Origin: Lytechinus pictus
Lineage: Eukaryota
Length of the DNA: 64,000 nucleotides
Direction of reading: 5' to 3'
Assembly: GCF_037042905.1 (NCBI RefSeq)
Contig: NC_087245.1
Coordinates: 22,570,001-22,634,000 of the forward strand
The notes beneath the pieces are model-generated. The model was not told the DNA's origin, did no database searches, and worked only from the letters and a program-made list of their open reading frames with translations. Positions 1 through 12,063 of the stretch are shown in pieces. Each line of letters begins with the position of its first letter. Within the stretch, counting starts at the first letter, position 1. The position numbers and the translations under genes were made by a program.

Positions 1-2517
1 CATTAGGCTACCGGTACTAGTATTCTGGACATACCGGTATGTGACTAGATCTCTTTTGTCTGCACAAGGGTGCTGAGTAAACGCTATCACATACATGTAC
101 ACGTACAAGTATATCCGGCAATTTTCTCTGGAGCAAATATCATGGAACCGCATGTCGAGATCAAGACCAATGATAACCATACATGAAAGTTTAGAAATTA
201 TTAATAAGTTTTGTACAAAATGCTTTGAAAAGATCCACCTACATGTAAATGTATGGCAGGGCTGTACAAATGGGGAGGGGGAATCCCTTGAAATTTTTAT
301 TTAAGGAGCAATTATGTTTTGGGGGCAATAGGGACTTTTTTTGCTTGTCAACAAATTATTGACAGAGAAATAATTCAAATTTGCATGGACTTGTGGGCTT
401 GCACATTCAAGTATTAGTGCCACATACAAAATTATTTTACAGAAGCTCTTTGACATGTGATGTCATGTATGCTGTCTGTACATTTGTCAGCACTCTACAT
501 GTATTTCAAAGACATCTGGTGATTTTTTTCTGTAAACGATGACTCACAACTAGCTATGCCTTGATCACACTGAAAACCGGGTTTAAACTTGGCACATTCT
601 CAAGCTCAACTTTTGTTATTACAGACAGGGTGCAAATAAATATATTGGGCTCTATTCCATGCACATGCACTTGCATTGTGTATGGGAACACCATATATGT
701 TTGCCATTGCTTGCAAACACTTCACTTTTTTTTAGGTCAAATTATTTTTTCAAATTACAAACTGCTTTATCAGAAGTCCAAAAACAGCACAATATACTGT
801 ACAGACCTGTATACATTAATATGGAGAATATATGCAGGATGTTTTCATATAGGGCTGTGCTGGGTAATTTTCTGAACCAGTCGTTTCTATGAAAATTGAA
901 TTATAATAACAACAAAATCAAAAAGAGAAAAAGAGGAGAGCATGCATTTTTGTTGATTTTGAATAAATGTTCAAAATAATAAAGTTCATAATTCTAGAAC
1001 CCCCCATGTACACAATAAACAACTGGTTCAGGAGACTACTCAGCACATCCTTTTGTGAAAAGCCACCCCCATTCTGTTGTCTTGAAAGGGTGCAGCCCCC
1101 GGGGGGGGGGGGGGGGGGGTGGCACTCATATATGCTTGTGGTACGGGGACTTGCCGCTTTGATGACCCCCTTTTTCAGACCTAATTTCTAGATCTCTAAA
1201 TACTCCAAATGACAAAAAGTTCCATTCAAAAGCCACCTCGCCCTGCTCTCAAGACCTCCGCTACAAAACATCTCAGTTCTTCAATTGTTTACAAAATGGT
1301 GAATAAATGTGTTTTCAAGCTATTTAGAATGCTGAACAAGAAATTAATACTCTTATGTATCTGTATGTGTCTCAGAAGTATTTTGTTTATGTAAAAAAAA
1401 GGGAAATTAAGTTTTCTTCATTTGATTGAAAGTCAATGTAAATTTAGCGTATGGGTGCTTACGTGTCAATGAAAGTAAATCAAACAAATTTATGTTGATG
1501 AGTATACAGTAACATACATGTACATGTAGAGGGCGTAGGAAATGTAAACAAACCGCATTTTGGTGAATGGATGTTAGTTTATTACAGATTATGAGAATAA
1601 AGTTTTAATAAAGAAATCTTATTAGGAGAAATTGAGCTTAAAGTGAGCGAATGAATATATAAACATTATTAGTTCAAAAACCATAACAGCGGTGATGAAG
1701 CTGATATTCTGTTTAATTCGTGCAAAGCATGAAGGGGTGATTTTAGTTGTAGCTCATCAGTTTTTATATTTTATAGGATTTGACAAAGACAAAACTACTA
1801 GTAGTATATACATTTATTTTATTAAAAGCAAAGGGTATTTAAGGCGATAATTTACATAAAAATAAGCCCTATTTACCGCTCATCAGACTCATGAATAATC
1901 ATACAAGTCAGAGGTACTGAATTCTTTTGAAGAATGTTTACATTTAATATTTATACAAAAGGAAGTACTTCCTTCAAGAGTTTCTGTACGCATATAAAGT
2001 CAATGAAGATTTTATTTCAATTTAAACATATTTATATCTAAATGACAACATAGCAAAGAGGTCACAGTTAAGAAAATGTGTTACATATAAACATACATGT
2101 AATTTAGTTTAAATACATGAAATAGCTATCATAAAGAGCAAGGCATGGATGTTAAACAATGATTAGATTCAGTAAATCAAACTGCAAACAAGTGAGTCAA
2201 ATCATGTTTTTTGACAAAATATACATTTCAGCATAGTTATGTTTTTTATTTCTTTTTCTGATTATATGGCAAGTTCCCCCAAGTCTGTGCAGTCCCCCTT
2301 GTCTACGCACACGCGTATCTGCGCGATTCTAGTAAAAGAAAAGAAGATATGCAACGAACACAAACTTTACACATGCAACACATAGACAGATTTTCATTAA
2401 AAAATCTGACTCAAAATGGTAGAAAAATAATGAATTTTGGGCATTTCATGTGACAGCCTCAAAATGCAGCCTTTCTCATCAAAATACCCAAATCGTGTGG
2501 AAAGTGAATGGGTGCGC

Positions 2518-3171
2518 CCCGGGGGGGTCACTCTCCACATGGCCTGCTACGCACCCGCGTCCAGAAAAAGCTTTGAAAAGGGTCCCGTTTCAGGCACTTG
2601 GGCGGCGTCGACGTCTTTGGCAAAAAGGGTTGCATTTCAGCACCATTCGCTCGTAAATCGCCGATAAGGGTAGCCTTTTCTTTCTTTCTTCACGCCGTTT
2701 AGGGTTGCTAATTTGGTTATGAAAATTACGCCATTTACGCAAATTTGAGGAGACCCGGGAGTAGACCTAAGCTATAAACACCATGAAAGGCGATTTACAA
2801 AACAATCCTCCCACACGCCGGTTCGGCCAGCGCAGCACTTATGAGAGCATGGACCTACATGTATTAGGTCCATGATGAGAGTTACCCCCGTACAGTTCTA
2901 GCTAGTCTCTTTAACCTGGCTCTATACTAGGCAGCATGCGTTACGCACACGGTCCACAGGTATCACATTAATCGATTTTGATGTTTACGCCACTTAGGGT
3001 ATCAAATTAAGGGATTTCCCTGTAACCTGTTCACGCCACTTAGGGCGGCTTTTCTCATGGGTTACGCCATTTAGGGTTGCAAATTTACATGTCATTACGC
3101 CGTTTAGGGTGCATTTCTGAGGTTGTCGGACACGGGTGGGTAGCAGTCCATGTGGAGAGTGACCCCCCGGG
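2518..3171. mobile_element. Non-autonomous DNA transposon (MITE) with ~50-bp TIRs and 8-bp TSD
   Basis: Left end CCCGGGGGGGTCACTCTCCACATGGCCTGCTAC matches the reverse complement of the right end (GTAGCAGTCCATGTGGAGAGTGACCCCCCGGG); GGGTGCGC flanks both sides (2510-2517, 3172-3179); internal repeated ACGCC(A/G)YTTAGGG motif. Confidence 0.85.
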
Positions 3172-3786
3172 GGGTGCGCAGACATGCATGGGTACCATTT
3201 TTTTTTTCAATCTGAAAATGACTGCCAAAGGTTTTTTCCAAGAAAATTCTATATTTCTTTCAATTTTTATGAGATATTTGGTACACCTACTCATAACTAT
3301 AAGGAACATTACTGTCATTATTAACTGAAAGATTTTGTGAAATAAAAAGAAATTCATATTAAATCTTTAGACTTTACTCAAATCGTTAGGTGCGCAGACT
3401 TGGGGACCACCATCATTATAATATATACAGATTGAATAAAATCTATTTATACAACAAGACGCAGACTCAGTCAGAGCTTGAAAGTTTCCTTTCTCCGGAG
3501 ATCCAATGGTCAAAATTAAGAAGTAAATTTGGGGTTTCACCTCAGTATGTAACTTAGGGTAAACATAACAGTACTGTAGTCTAACTTAGATACACTACAA
3601 TATGGTCCAATTCACAAAACCCGTGCCCAAAAAATTCCCAAATTCCTCGGCCCAGCGCCCCGGGCGCCAGACCGGGCCGACTCACACCAGTCACTCGCAA
3701 GACAAACGCCCGATCTAACTTTAATTTAAACTTTACACTACCGACCGTATCTATTTGATACATGTCATTGAATTTATTTTACATAC

Positions 3787-3960
3787 CGTAATTCTATCTC
3801 ACCAACGGCTCTATATGGCTGTATTTTGAGCTTTACTGAGTATTAAAAAGGGAAAATAACAGATGATCAAACTTCCTTCCGTGCTCGACATTGACAACAT
3901 CAAGTAAACGAGATTCTGCGCTGCTCGTCAGATTGAGCCCGAGGGATCGGGAGGGTGGGT
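3787..3960 (-). other. Possible non-coding first exon of a leftward-transcribed gene
   Basis: Minus-strand donor ACG|GTATGT at 3786-3781, CpG-rich segment 3640-3720 just inside the putative intron, TATA-like TATTTATA near 4037-4044. No coding exon identified within the window; 5' end approximate. Confidence 0.3.
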
Positions 3961-6900
3961 GGGGCCGGGGCACTGATCTCAGTGGTGGGGGGGGGGGGGG
4001 TGTTGTGTTCAATTACAACGGCACTAGCTGGCGCCCTATAAATATGGGCAATGTGCTTCTGAAACATTGAAATATTTATTTTCGAAGGGAATATTTTTGG
4101 ATGATATATGAGCTTATAAAACAATTTAAATATTGGATTGATATTCAGAGAATTTGATGATTGAAAATGTGATTAAAAAAAAATCAATTCAACTTTATTA
4201 CTGCAATGAAAATATACATAGGCCTACAAACACGACAGAATATGTTTTGGAATTAAAATTTTGATATTTAAAGCCTTCTTTTTTTTGGTTAATTTCTGTA
4301 ATTTTGGAGTTCCCTCGAATCATTTCAAATATGGTGATTTTTTTCTTCAAAAAATGTAGCAAATTAATGTAGAACCCTACAAGTATCAGACCCACCACCT
4401 CCCCAAAACATGCACCCTAGCTCTCCCCAACGACCCCCCCCCCATAAGCAGTAAAATGTGGGAGAAATGACTGGATAATCATTACAGACAAGATAGAGAT
4501 AAATCAATAGAAAAACAAGTAGAAGTAGGAAAAAAGAAAAAAAGAGAAATAACCTGAGAGCAGTGGTTGCTCAGATTTTAGCGACAAAATTGCCCCCACT
4601 TTCTAAAGTGATCTTTTGTAAATTGGTTATATATATCCCAATTTTTTCAAAGTCTCCCTATCTCACTGGTATATTAAACTGAAGTCATCATAAATAATAA
4701 AATTTATGGTTAAAATCTTTTGCGTTGAGCTTCCTTAAAAAGAAAAGGGGGCGGGGGCAATCAACTATAATGCTGAACAAAATATATGGAACCACAGTGT
4801 TCAAGTAGATGTTTTCTTTATAGTTTTAGTTTACAATATCTATATATTTTTTTACAATGACAAGTAAACCCCATTGATACCAAAATGGGGAAATAAGAGT
4901 GAGTGAATATCAAAAATATAATTTTCAAGCATTTTTTATTCATCAAATTGCAGCATGTTGTCTCATCTAGAAATGCTACAATTTGTTTTTCTGGTCATAC
5001 ATATTTACAACAAAAATGGCAGAGTGACCAACCCCTCCAATGCCCCCACCCCCTCCCAAGGTTCCAGAGATTGAATAATTTCCTTGGTTGAGAGTGTATA
5101 TACTGGAACAGCAAATGTATTTGAACTGAAAGTATAAAGACACTATGACAGCAAAATATTTTTAAGGACCAACCATGTGATTTATTAATGTTTAGCTCCT
5201 TTGAGACACACAAGCATGCAACAAAATTATACCACCACCAAAAAGTAACAGATAATGACAAAGAATAATATATTTACAGACATACTGTGCATAAGTACGT
5301 GTAGGTGGTGTGGACGGTAATATGATTTGCATAGTACAATAAAAAGATTGCTAGATTCATGATAGCAAAATTACTTTAAAAATACTGCAAAGTATTAGCA
5401 CAATATTAAGAGTATGTGGCTTTTCATAGCAATGTCATAAATGGGGCAATATGCATGCAGAATTACAGATAACCTAAATTTCAAAGTTTAATATCTTTTT
5501 AAATAACCAACTTGTTTCTGTATTCTGACCAAGTATACAGCATCATTTAACTATTTATTGCCAATAAAACATTTGCCAAAAGAATTGTGCATAGATTTTC
5601 CATTACATACAGATCATAAAAAATTTCAATGATGCTAGTATTAAGAATAAGAATACATTGATTCATTTACTATTCTCAATTCCATGATTTGATCTTCATG
5701 TTTTTATAAATATCTGGGGAAACACAGAAAGATCATATAAATTTGCATTTTCTCATAGCAGTAATCATTATAAGCTTTGTCATACAAAGAATGGTAGCAG
5801 ATCGACAGACACGTCAATCAATAACTAATCTGTTTTTCTATAATGAGATGGTGTAGTATATGAGATACACCATGTACATGAACAAGTTAAAACAAGTTGA
5901 AACTCCATAATACATGTACATTGTCCTTTAATGTCAAAACCACAAAGTATTGCAAGTTTTCTTGTTTTTACTATCATTTTACTTCATTTACTGACATCTT
6001 GCGCTTGACAAAGTATCAAGTCACTCTTCTGTTTTCACAAAGTGACGGTTCGCAATTCATGGTATTTGTCACTTTAGGAAAATCCCACTGAATATGCATT
6101 CAGTTATGGATGCAGAGCACTATTGCAATCAATCTGCTCTTATTGAATTCTATATATTTTACATGAGCATGGTGAAAAATAGTCATTTCCTAAAAAATTT
6201 CCTTCCTTTGTTCGCTCATGTCACTTTGTGAAAACTGGGACACGATACATGTACTTTGGTTACAAGTGAAAGAATGGTATTGACACTTGTATAAATCTTA
6301 ATCATGCTAGTTGCTATACTGATAACCATTATGGTATATGTAGCAGTGCCAGTGGCAGAGTTAACCAGATAAGCAACAATATTATGGAGGGGCCCCCATT
6401 GCGTACAATAATGTGACTCATAAAATGGTATTCACCCGGCTAGATGTGCTACTGAATGGTAGTAATAGGTAATATGCATGTTTTCAATTCTATTGTCCAA
6501 TGATGTTGCATGTACATTTGGAATCCCAGATCACCTTGGAATCATGTAGAAATGTAAAAAAAAAAGAAGTTAATATAAACTTCCCTTTAACTGCTACAAA
6601 AAAGTTATATAAAATTCCATACACATAAATCATAATGTAAATAGATGCCATTACCAAACAGTTTAAGTACAGAGTAATAATAAAAAACACCTTCTGAAGT
6701 ATTGTGTCATCATTAGGCACTGGAAGCAAACTGATGTCTTGAAGAAAATTTTGATAAATTGACAAATACACATATTTTGAGAAAATTAAAGAGTTTTTCT
6801 TTAGGGAAGTTCATCAATAAATCAGAGTTTTAATAGCACACCTTTCTAAATTCATAATGACTGTGTGCATTCTTAGAATATAAATATTGCAACATACATA

Positions 6901-7067
6901 TGGCTTCAAAAACAATGTATAATGGTAGCATATCATATATCGTATATCATAAGATATGAGTAAAGTTTTCTTTATTTTTCTTCTGTAGCTTACTTGACCG
7001 AGGTACATACAAATTAGATAAATATATTCAACAATACTAAATAGGTTCATTATTGCGAACTGAAATA

Positions 7068-7278
7068 ATCGCTAGAGGGTATTCATTTGTCTCGCAATCT
7101 ACTATGGTTAACAAGGAAATTCGTGATCACTCTCGCAAAAAGTGTTCACTAGCTTTCTAGGAAATTCGTGATCACTCTCGCAAAAAGTGTTCACTAGCTT
7201 ACACTTTTTGCGAGAGTGATCACAAATTTCCTTGTTGACCATAGTAGATTGCGAGACAAATGAATACCCTCTAGCGAT
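7068..7278. repeat. Inverted repeat (~78-bp arms) with internal duplication, in the 3' UTR of the THEG-like gene
   Basis: ATCGCTAGAGGGTATTC...CGCAAAAAGTGT (7068-7145) pairs with ACACTTTTTGCG...GAATACCCTCTAGCGAT (7201-7278) with about 2 mismatches; the loop repeats AGGAAATTCGTGATCACTCTCGCAAAAAGTGTTCACTAGCTT. Confidence 0.9.
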
Positions 7279-7323
7279 ATTCAACAATATTAAAAAGAAT
7301 ACATATGAATCAGTTTATATTTC

Positions 7324-7876
7324 CTAAGGCTTCTTTTGACGCATCTTCCGTGGTATAGGCGCACATAGTTCATCTATCCTAGGAGTGGGTCTAGCATGAA
7401 TGGCAGCTGAAGAGACTTTATATGGGTCATATTGCTCATTCTTCCCTCGACTCTTGGGCCGAGCTAGCTGTTGCAGTCGCAATGTGGCGATTGCTTTCAA
7501 TGTAGAGTCCTCCGTGTTCCACCTTATTGGCTTGGCGAAACGGAAATGGTTGTGCAGTGCTTTGGGTTCCGCCAGAGCTTCGAGGCGTTCAGAACACCGC
7601 GCATTCTTAGCAGCGGATGAAATTTCGTTGTCCCATTCGTTAATGTCATAGTCCCAACTTTCCTTGATCTTGAGAGGTTGGTATGTCTTTGGCTTTGCCA
7701 AGAAGTCAATGCGCTCTGATGCGGTGGCTTGCTGTGCACCTTTGGTGACGTGTGTCATCACGGGTCGGTGGAGGGTGAAATGACGAGCCCAGTCCTTGGG
7801 CTCAGCAAGAAACGCAACGCGCTCATTCGCTTCAGCATTCTGGGCTGCTTTGCTGACTACTGACTTTGGTGAAGGT
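7324..7876 (-). CDS. THEG: THEG-like exon 5 (terminal)
   Basis: Acceptor ttccctag at 7877; PSPKSVVSKAAQNAEANERVAFLAEPK...RIDELCAPIPRKMRQKKP*. Confidence 0.9.
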
Positions 7877-10800
7877 CTAGGGAAAGTGAAAGAGACGAAA
7901 AAGATTATGATATAACAGATGTTCAAGACTTAGAATAAAATAGTATCAATCAATTCCCCAATACGATTTTATGTAATTTATTCAATCATAATACATCTTT
8001 TCCAGTAACTGTGATGATAATATTTGACACATTGAAAGAGCCAATGCCTCTTTTGATTATAAAAAATACACAAAATACACACACTTTATTTCATAAGCTT
8101 GGTTATATGAATTCTTGATTATCTTGTGATTTTAAGCAAAAAGACTGTTAACTTTTAATATGCCATCAGAAACATGTAGATAACCTGCACCTTCTGAAAT
8201 GCAAAATAAGAAAATATATTATATTACCCATGAGCACATAGGATAGGATAGGAGTTACACTTCAAAATGTAATTTAATAGACATAACCAGATAGGATTCA
8301 AAATCTTATTTGACCTTTACTGGTGCTCTTACCTGTCACTGACATATCTGCTGTATATAGGCTTGTGGTTGCTTATGGCTGCTACCCAGTCTGTACAAGC
8401 TACAAAGATAATCAATGTAACAAAAGAGGTCAGACAGTTTTATACTTGGTGCGTAACTTCATGAACTTGTATTTAAATATATTTATACCTATAACAGTTG
8501 ATAAGGGCTGATGAATAAGAATTTAAATCAATCCAGTATCATCAATACAAATAGAGCTAAACAGTTATACTGATTTTAAAATGAAATTGCAGAACTTTTG
8601 AAGGAAAAAAACAGGAGAATTGAAAAGATCTTAAAACTGAAAAGTCAAGTCCACTTTGACAAATCTTACATCTGAATTTGATTTTTTTCCAGTATAATAT
8701 TTGTTTCCCCCCTTTTTCATTGAAATATAGGCTACTTTTTGTTGTGGTACAATGTAGCAGACCTGCCCACTATGAATATTAGAAAATGAGGCAAATCAGT
8801 AAACATCAACATTTAGCTTTGACTTACCAAATTTTGTTGTACCATCTGATCCAGGCATAAGAGGGGGCTTGTCTAACCAATAAACAGACCTCCTGCAGAA
8901 TCATGGGAAAACAAAAATGACAAAGTAAACATACCGTACTGGTAACTTCTGACTTAGGAGGTACAATTTCCCTGAATGTTAAAGAGAAATGCCAGTAGTT
9001 GCAGTAAACACCGATTTCATGAGAAAGTCTGTAAAACCAGGCTTAATTGTCAGTATATCATCGAGGATCTAGATCTGGTACAGTTACATAAACTGAACTT
9101 TGTGAAATCTTGAAATCTACGCTGAAAAATGTTCACACTGAGGATCACCAACACAGATAGGCACACGTGGGACAGTGTATTATTATTACTGGAATAAAGA
9201 CCCGACGGAAGTGACCGAATCCGCGCTTATTTTGCTTATTTCTCAGCAATTACACAATTTCTTCCAGAATCCTTTGGCACATATTTTTTATTCATACAAA
9301 CAGACACTTGGGTGGTCATTATATTAGATTCTGTAAAAAGTCATTTTGAGATCGTTACCAAAACTGGAATTTATCTTTAAAGCCTTTAAAGGATGATTCC
9401 CTCACAGGTAGCAATGCCATACCAAGTTAAGAAAGAGGCTTCAAAGTACACAACGAATGGAACAAAATAAAAAAAATACATTATGTGGTTGTTTTGGTTT
9501 ATGCAGAGTATCTAGGTTTTACATTATATAATGTACAAGTGTAAATAATGTCTTAATAATCAGCAGTTGCTGATTGCTCTTAAACCTTTGACAGGTAAAG
9601 CATAGGACAATATGCCTTTACTGTGTTTAATACCAACTTGAATGCACACAACAATGGGAGAACTTGGGTCAAGGCAGCAACCAAGAACATAGTGTTTGAA
9701 AAAAACATGCTAGACACAATAACTGGCTATTGTAAAGAAAATCGGTTATACATCCCTCAGGCTCATGTATAGGGAAAAAGCATTCAGGCATAGCCATATG
9801 TAGCCTTGGACTGTTTGGTCATTTACATGTACATGTACAAACATAACACTGATGTGTAGTCTTAAGGTAATTGTAATTACAGTTACATGTGATGTAAACA
9901 AGACTCTTATGGGGGAATTGAGGTTATTAAAAAGCTTTTCTGTTTTTCTTCTAGAAAGTTAAATTAGCTGTGTCTATGTTGATTTGTTTTCATTGGTGTA
10001 AATAATGTCTTAATAATCAGCAGTTGCTGATTGCTCTTAAACCTTTGACAGGTAAAGCATAGGACAATATGCCTTTACTGTGTTTAATACCAACTTGAAT
10101 GCACACAACAATGGGAGAACTTGGGTCAAGGCAGCAACCAAGAACATAGTGTTTGAAAAAAACATGCTAGACACAATAACTGGCTATTGTAAAGAAAATC
10201 GGTTATACATCCCTCAGGCTCATGTATAGGGAAAAAGCATTCAGGCATAGCCATATGTAGCCTTGGACTGTTTGGTCATTTACATGTACATGTACAAACA
10301 TAACACTGATGTGTAGTCTTAAGGTAATTGTAATTACAGTTACATGTGATGTAAACAAGACTCTTATGGGGGAATTGAGGTTATTAAAAAGCTTTTCTGT
10401 TTTTCTTCTAGAAAGTTAAATTAGCTGTGTCTATGTTGATTTGTTTTCATTGGAAAACTCAAAACCTCTATAAAATGCAAAGCTATTATATAAATTTCAA
10501 ATTGTGCCTTCTGCAGGCCTATATATTCATATCAGCATTAATAGTTTGTAACACATTAATTCCTTACAAATACTTTTGTCACTAGATAAAACACAACCAG
10601 ATCTATAAACAGAGCCACAGAAAAATTCATGAAAATTACATAGCATTTTATCATCCAGTTAAAATCATTATTCATATACATGTAATCTCTTCAAATGAAT
10701 AACAAATAGACTTTGCACTTATCAATCCATTTCAATTGTTTATTTAACATTCAAATCAGATGAAATTTAAACAGAAATGAGAAACTGTCGCAAACTTGTA

Positions 10801-11918
10801 TCGGTAATTATTAAGCAATTTGTATAGTGCATACCTCTCTGCACTGGGTTCATAAAGTTCAAGTTTATTTACATCATTAATAAAGCAATTTGATGGTGCG
10901 CAATGTACTGCCAATCATCTGTGCTCTTCCCAACCAAAGCAGACAGGCATTAAATAAAAAAAAACACTACATTGACCATCTCCATTTTATTTCATAATAT
11001 ACATATGTAAACCAATGATGCAAATAAGAATCGTTATAATACAAGAATTGTGCCTTTCAATTATCGAAACATCGAAATGTGCATTAATACCATATTGCTT
11101 AACATGCTAAATTTTCCTCCATTTTACATGCCAAAACTAAAAGTGTTCTGATCATGGAAACAGAGAAGAGATCTACATGTACGGTATACAAAAGTGATCA
11201 GTTTTTTGTTGTTTTTTTGTCAATATATTTAATCTTATAATCATGAAACTGCTACCGTGCAATTACACCTCTGCATTATATAGTCTAGACATTTTTTGAT
11301 AATCTTGTAAAAGAAAGAAAATTGAACAAGAAATCACAATCACAGTTACCTCAGGCGATGTTCGTGCAGGCTCCACTCCACTTCACTACCGCTACATCGC
11401 CTGAGGTAAATCACAGTTGGATATTGTCAACTTGGACATTTGTGTTTGTGTGTAATTTTGTTAATCTAAATCTAAATAGCCGTAGATCTATCTTTTTTCC
11501 TTGGGTCTTTTTTTAACTTGTTAGTTACAATTTTTTTGCAATTTCACTTTTCAGACTGGGGTTTATTTTATGATACTGGCGTGCCAAGATGCGAATTTCG
11601 GAGAATATGAGGCTCTATTGCTGGTTCAACAATTTACAAAAGCTGATGGGATCAGGGAGAAGGCCTGAGTGAGTCTCTGAGAGAAAATAATGAAGTAACT
11701 GACCTGTCCTCGCGATATGTTGGAGGCAACTGCTTCGGGCGAGCCAGCACGTCCAAGCGGCGTGTCGACTGAGGCGCTGAAAATTAATGGAGAGAAAAAA
11801 ACCAATTGATTACTGAAAACCGACATAATTTATATACAGATAACAGTCTCGGTAAAATGATTTCATAAGTTTTCTTTGAAAAATCAGCAATGCACTTACC
11901 TTCAACTTCAGTTGCCAT
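7324..11918 (-). CDS. THEG: THEG/SPMAP2-family (testicular haploid expressed gene-like) sperm microtubule-associated protein, 5 exons, 258 aa
   Basis: complement(join(7324..7876,8333..8399,8828..8892,11704..11776,11900..11918)); all introns GT-AG, phases consistent, 777 nt. Protein MATEVEAPQSTRRLDVLARPKQLPPTYREDRRSVYWLD...DRPSPKSVVSKAA... with repeated R(L/I)xxLAxPK and VSxAA motifs typical of THEG repeats. Which vertebrate paralogue (THEG or THEGL) is closest cannot be determined here. Confidence 0.85.
8333..8399 (-). CDS. THEG: THEG-like exon 4
   Basis: ctttgtag|...GACAG|gtaag; CTDWVAAISNHKPIYSRYVSDR (an in-frame alternative acceptor 9 nt downstream is possible). Confidence 0.75.
8828..8892 (-). 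CDS. THEG: THEG-like exon 3
   Basis: ctgcag|...TTTG|gtaagt; RSVYWLDKPPLMPGSDGTTKF. Confidence 0.85.
8983..9376. mobile_element. Kolobok-like non-autonomous DNA transposon
   Basis: TTAA on both flanks; AG termini AGAGAAATGCCAGT / ACTGGAATTTATCT. Confidence 0.7.
9539..10453. repeat. Tandem duplication, 457-bp period, two copies
   Basis: GTGTAAATAATGTCTTAATAATCAGC starts at 9539 and 9996; both copies end ...GTTTTCATTGG (9996, 10453); no differences seen by eye. Confidence 0.9.
11348..11408. mobile_element. Micro-MITE-like 61-bp hairpin insertion
   Basis: ACCTCAGGCGATGT / ACATCGCCTGAGGT perfect inverted repeat, flanked by direct repeat AATCACAGTT (11338-11347, 11409-11418). Confidence 0.6.
11704..11776 (-). 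CDS. THEG: THEG-like exon 2
   Basis: ttttcag|...GACAG|gtcagt; PQSTRRLDVLARPKQLPPTYREDR. Confidence 0.85.
11900..11918 (-). CDS. THEG: THEG-like exon 1 (start)
   Basis: aataatATG GCA ACT GAA GTT GAA G|gtaagt; phase 1 matches exon 2. Confidence 0.75.
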
Positions 11919-12021
11919 ATTATTAAAATAACGGCCAAAAGATAACCCAAAAAAGGAGAGATAGTAACTCCCTCTTTTAGTACGTGTACGTGAATGACTG
12001 TGTGTGTGATGTGGTGACCAC

Positions 12022-12063
12022 GTTGCCAAGGCTAAGCTGATTTGTGTGTTGTTGAATGGTAAC
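12022..12063. promoter_or_regulatory. Two RFX X-box-like motifs upstream of the THEG-like gene
   Basis: GTTGCCAAGGCTAA (12022) and GTTGAATGGTAAC (12051-12063) resemble GTTGCCATGGCAAC, 100-145 bp from the ATG; both imperfect. Confidence 0.45.

Noticed and set aside
1096..1120. Poly-G runs as functional G-quadruplexes (also at 3984, 19065, 20083, 22203, 54628)
   Set aside because: Most are terminal features of abundant MITEs and homopolymer lengths are unreliable; no specific evidence of function.
7877..7926. ORF-track start MNICYIIIFFVSFTFP for the 200-aa ORF
   Set aside because: This is the polypyrimidine tract and acceptor of the last intron; the exon starts at 7876.
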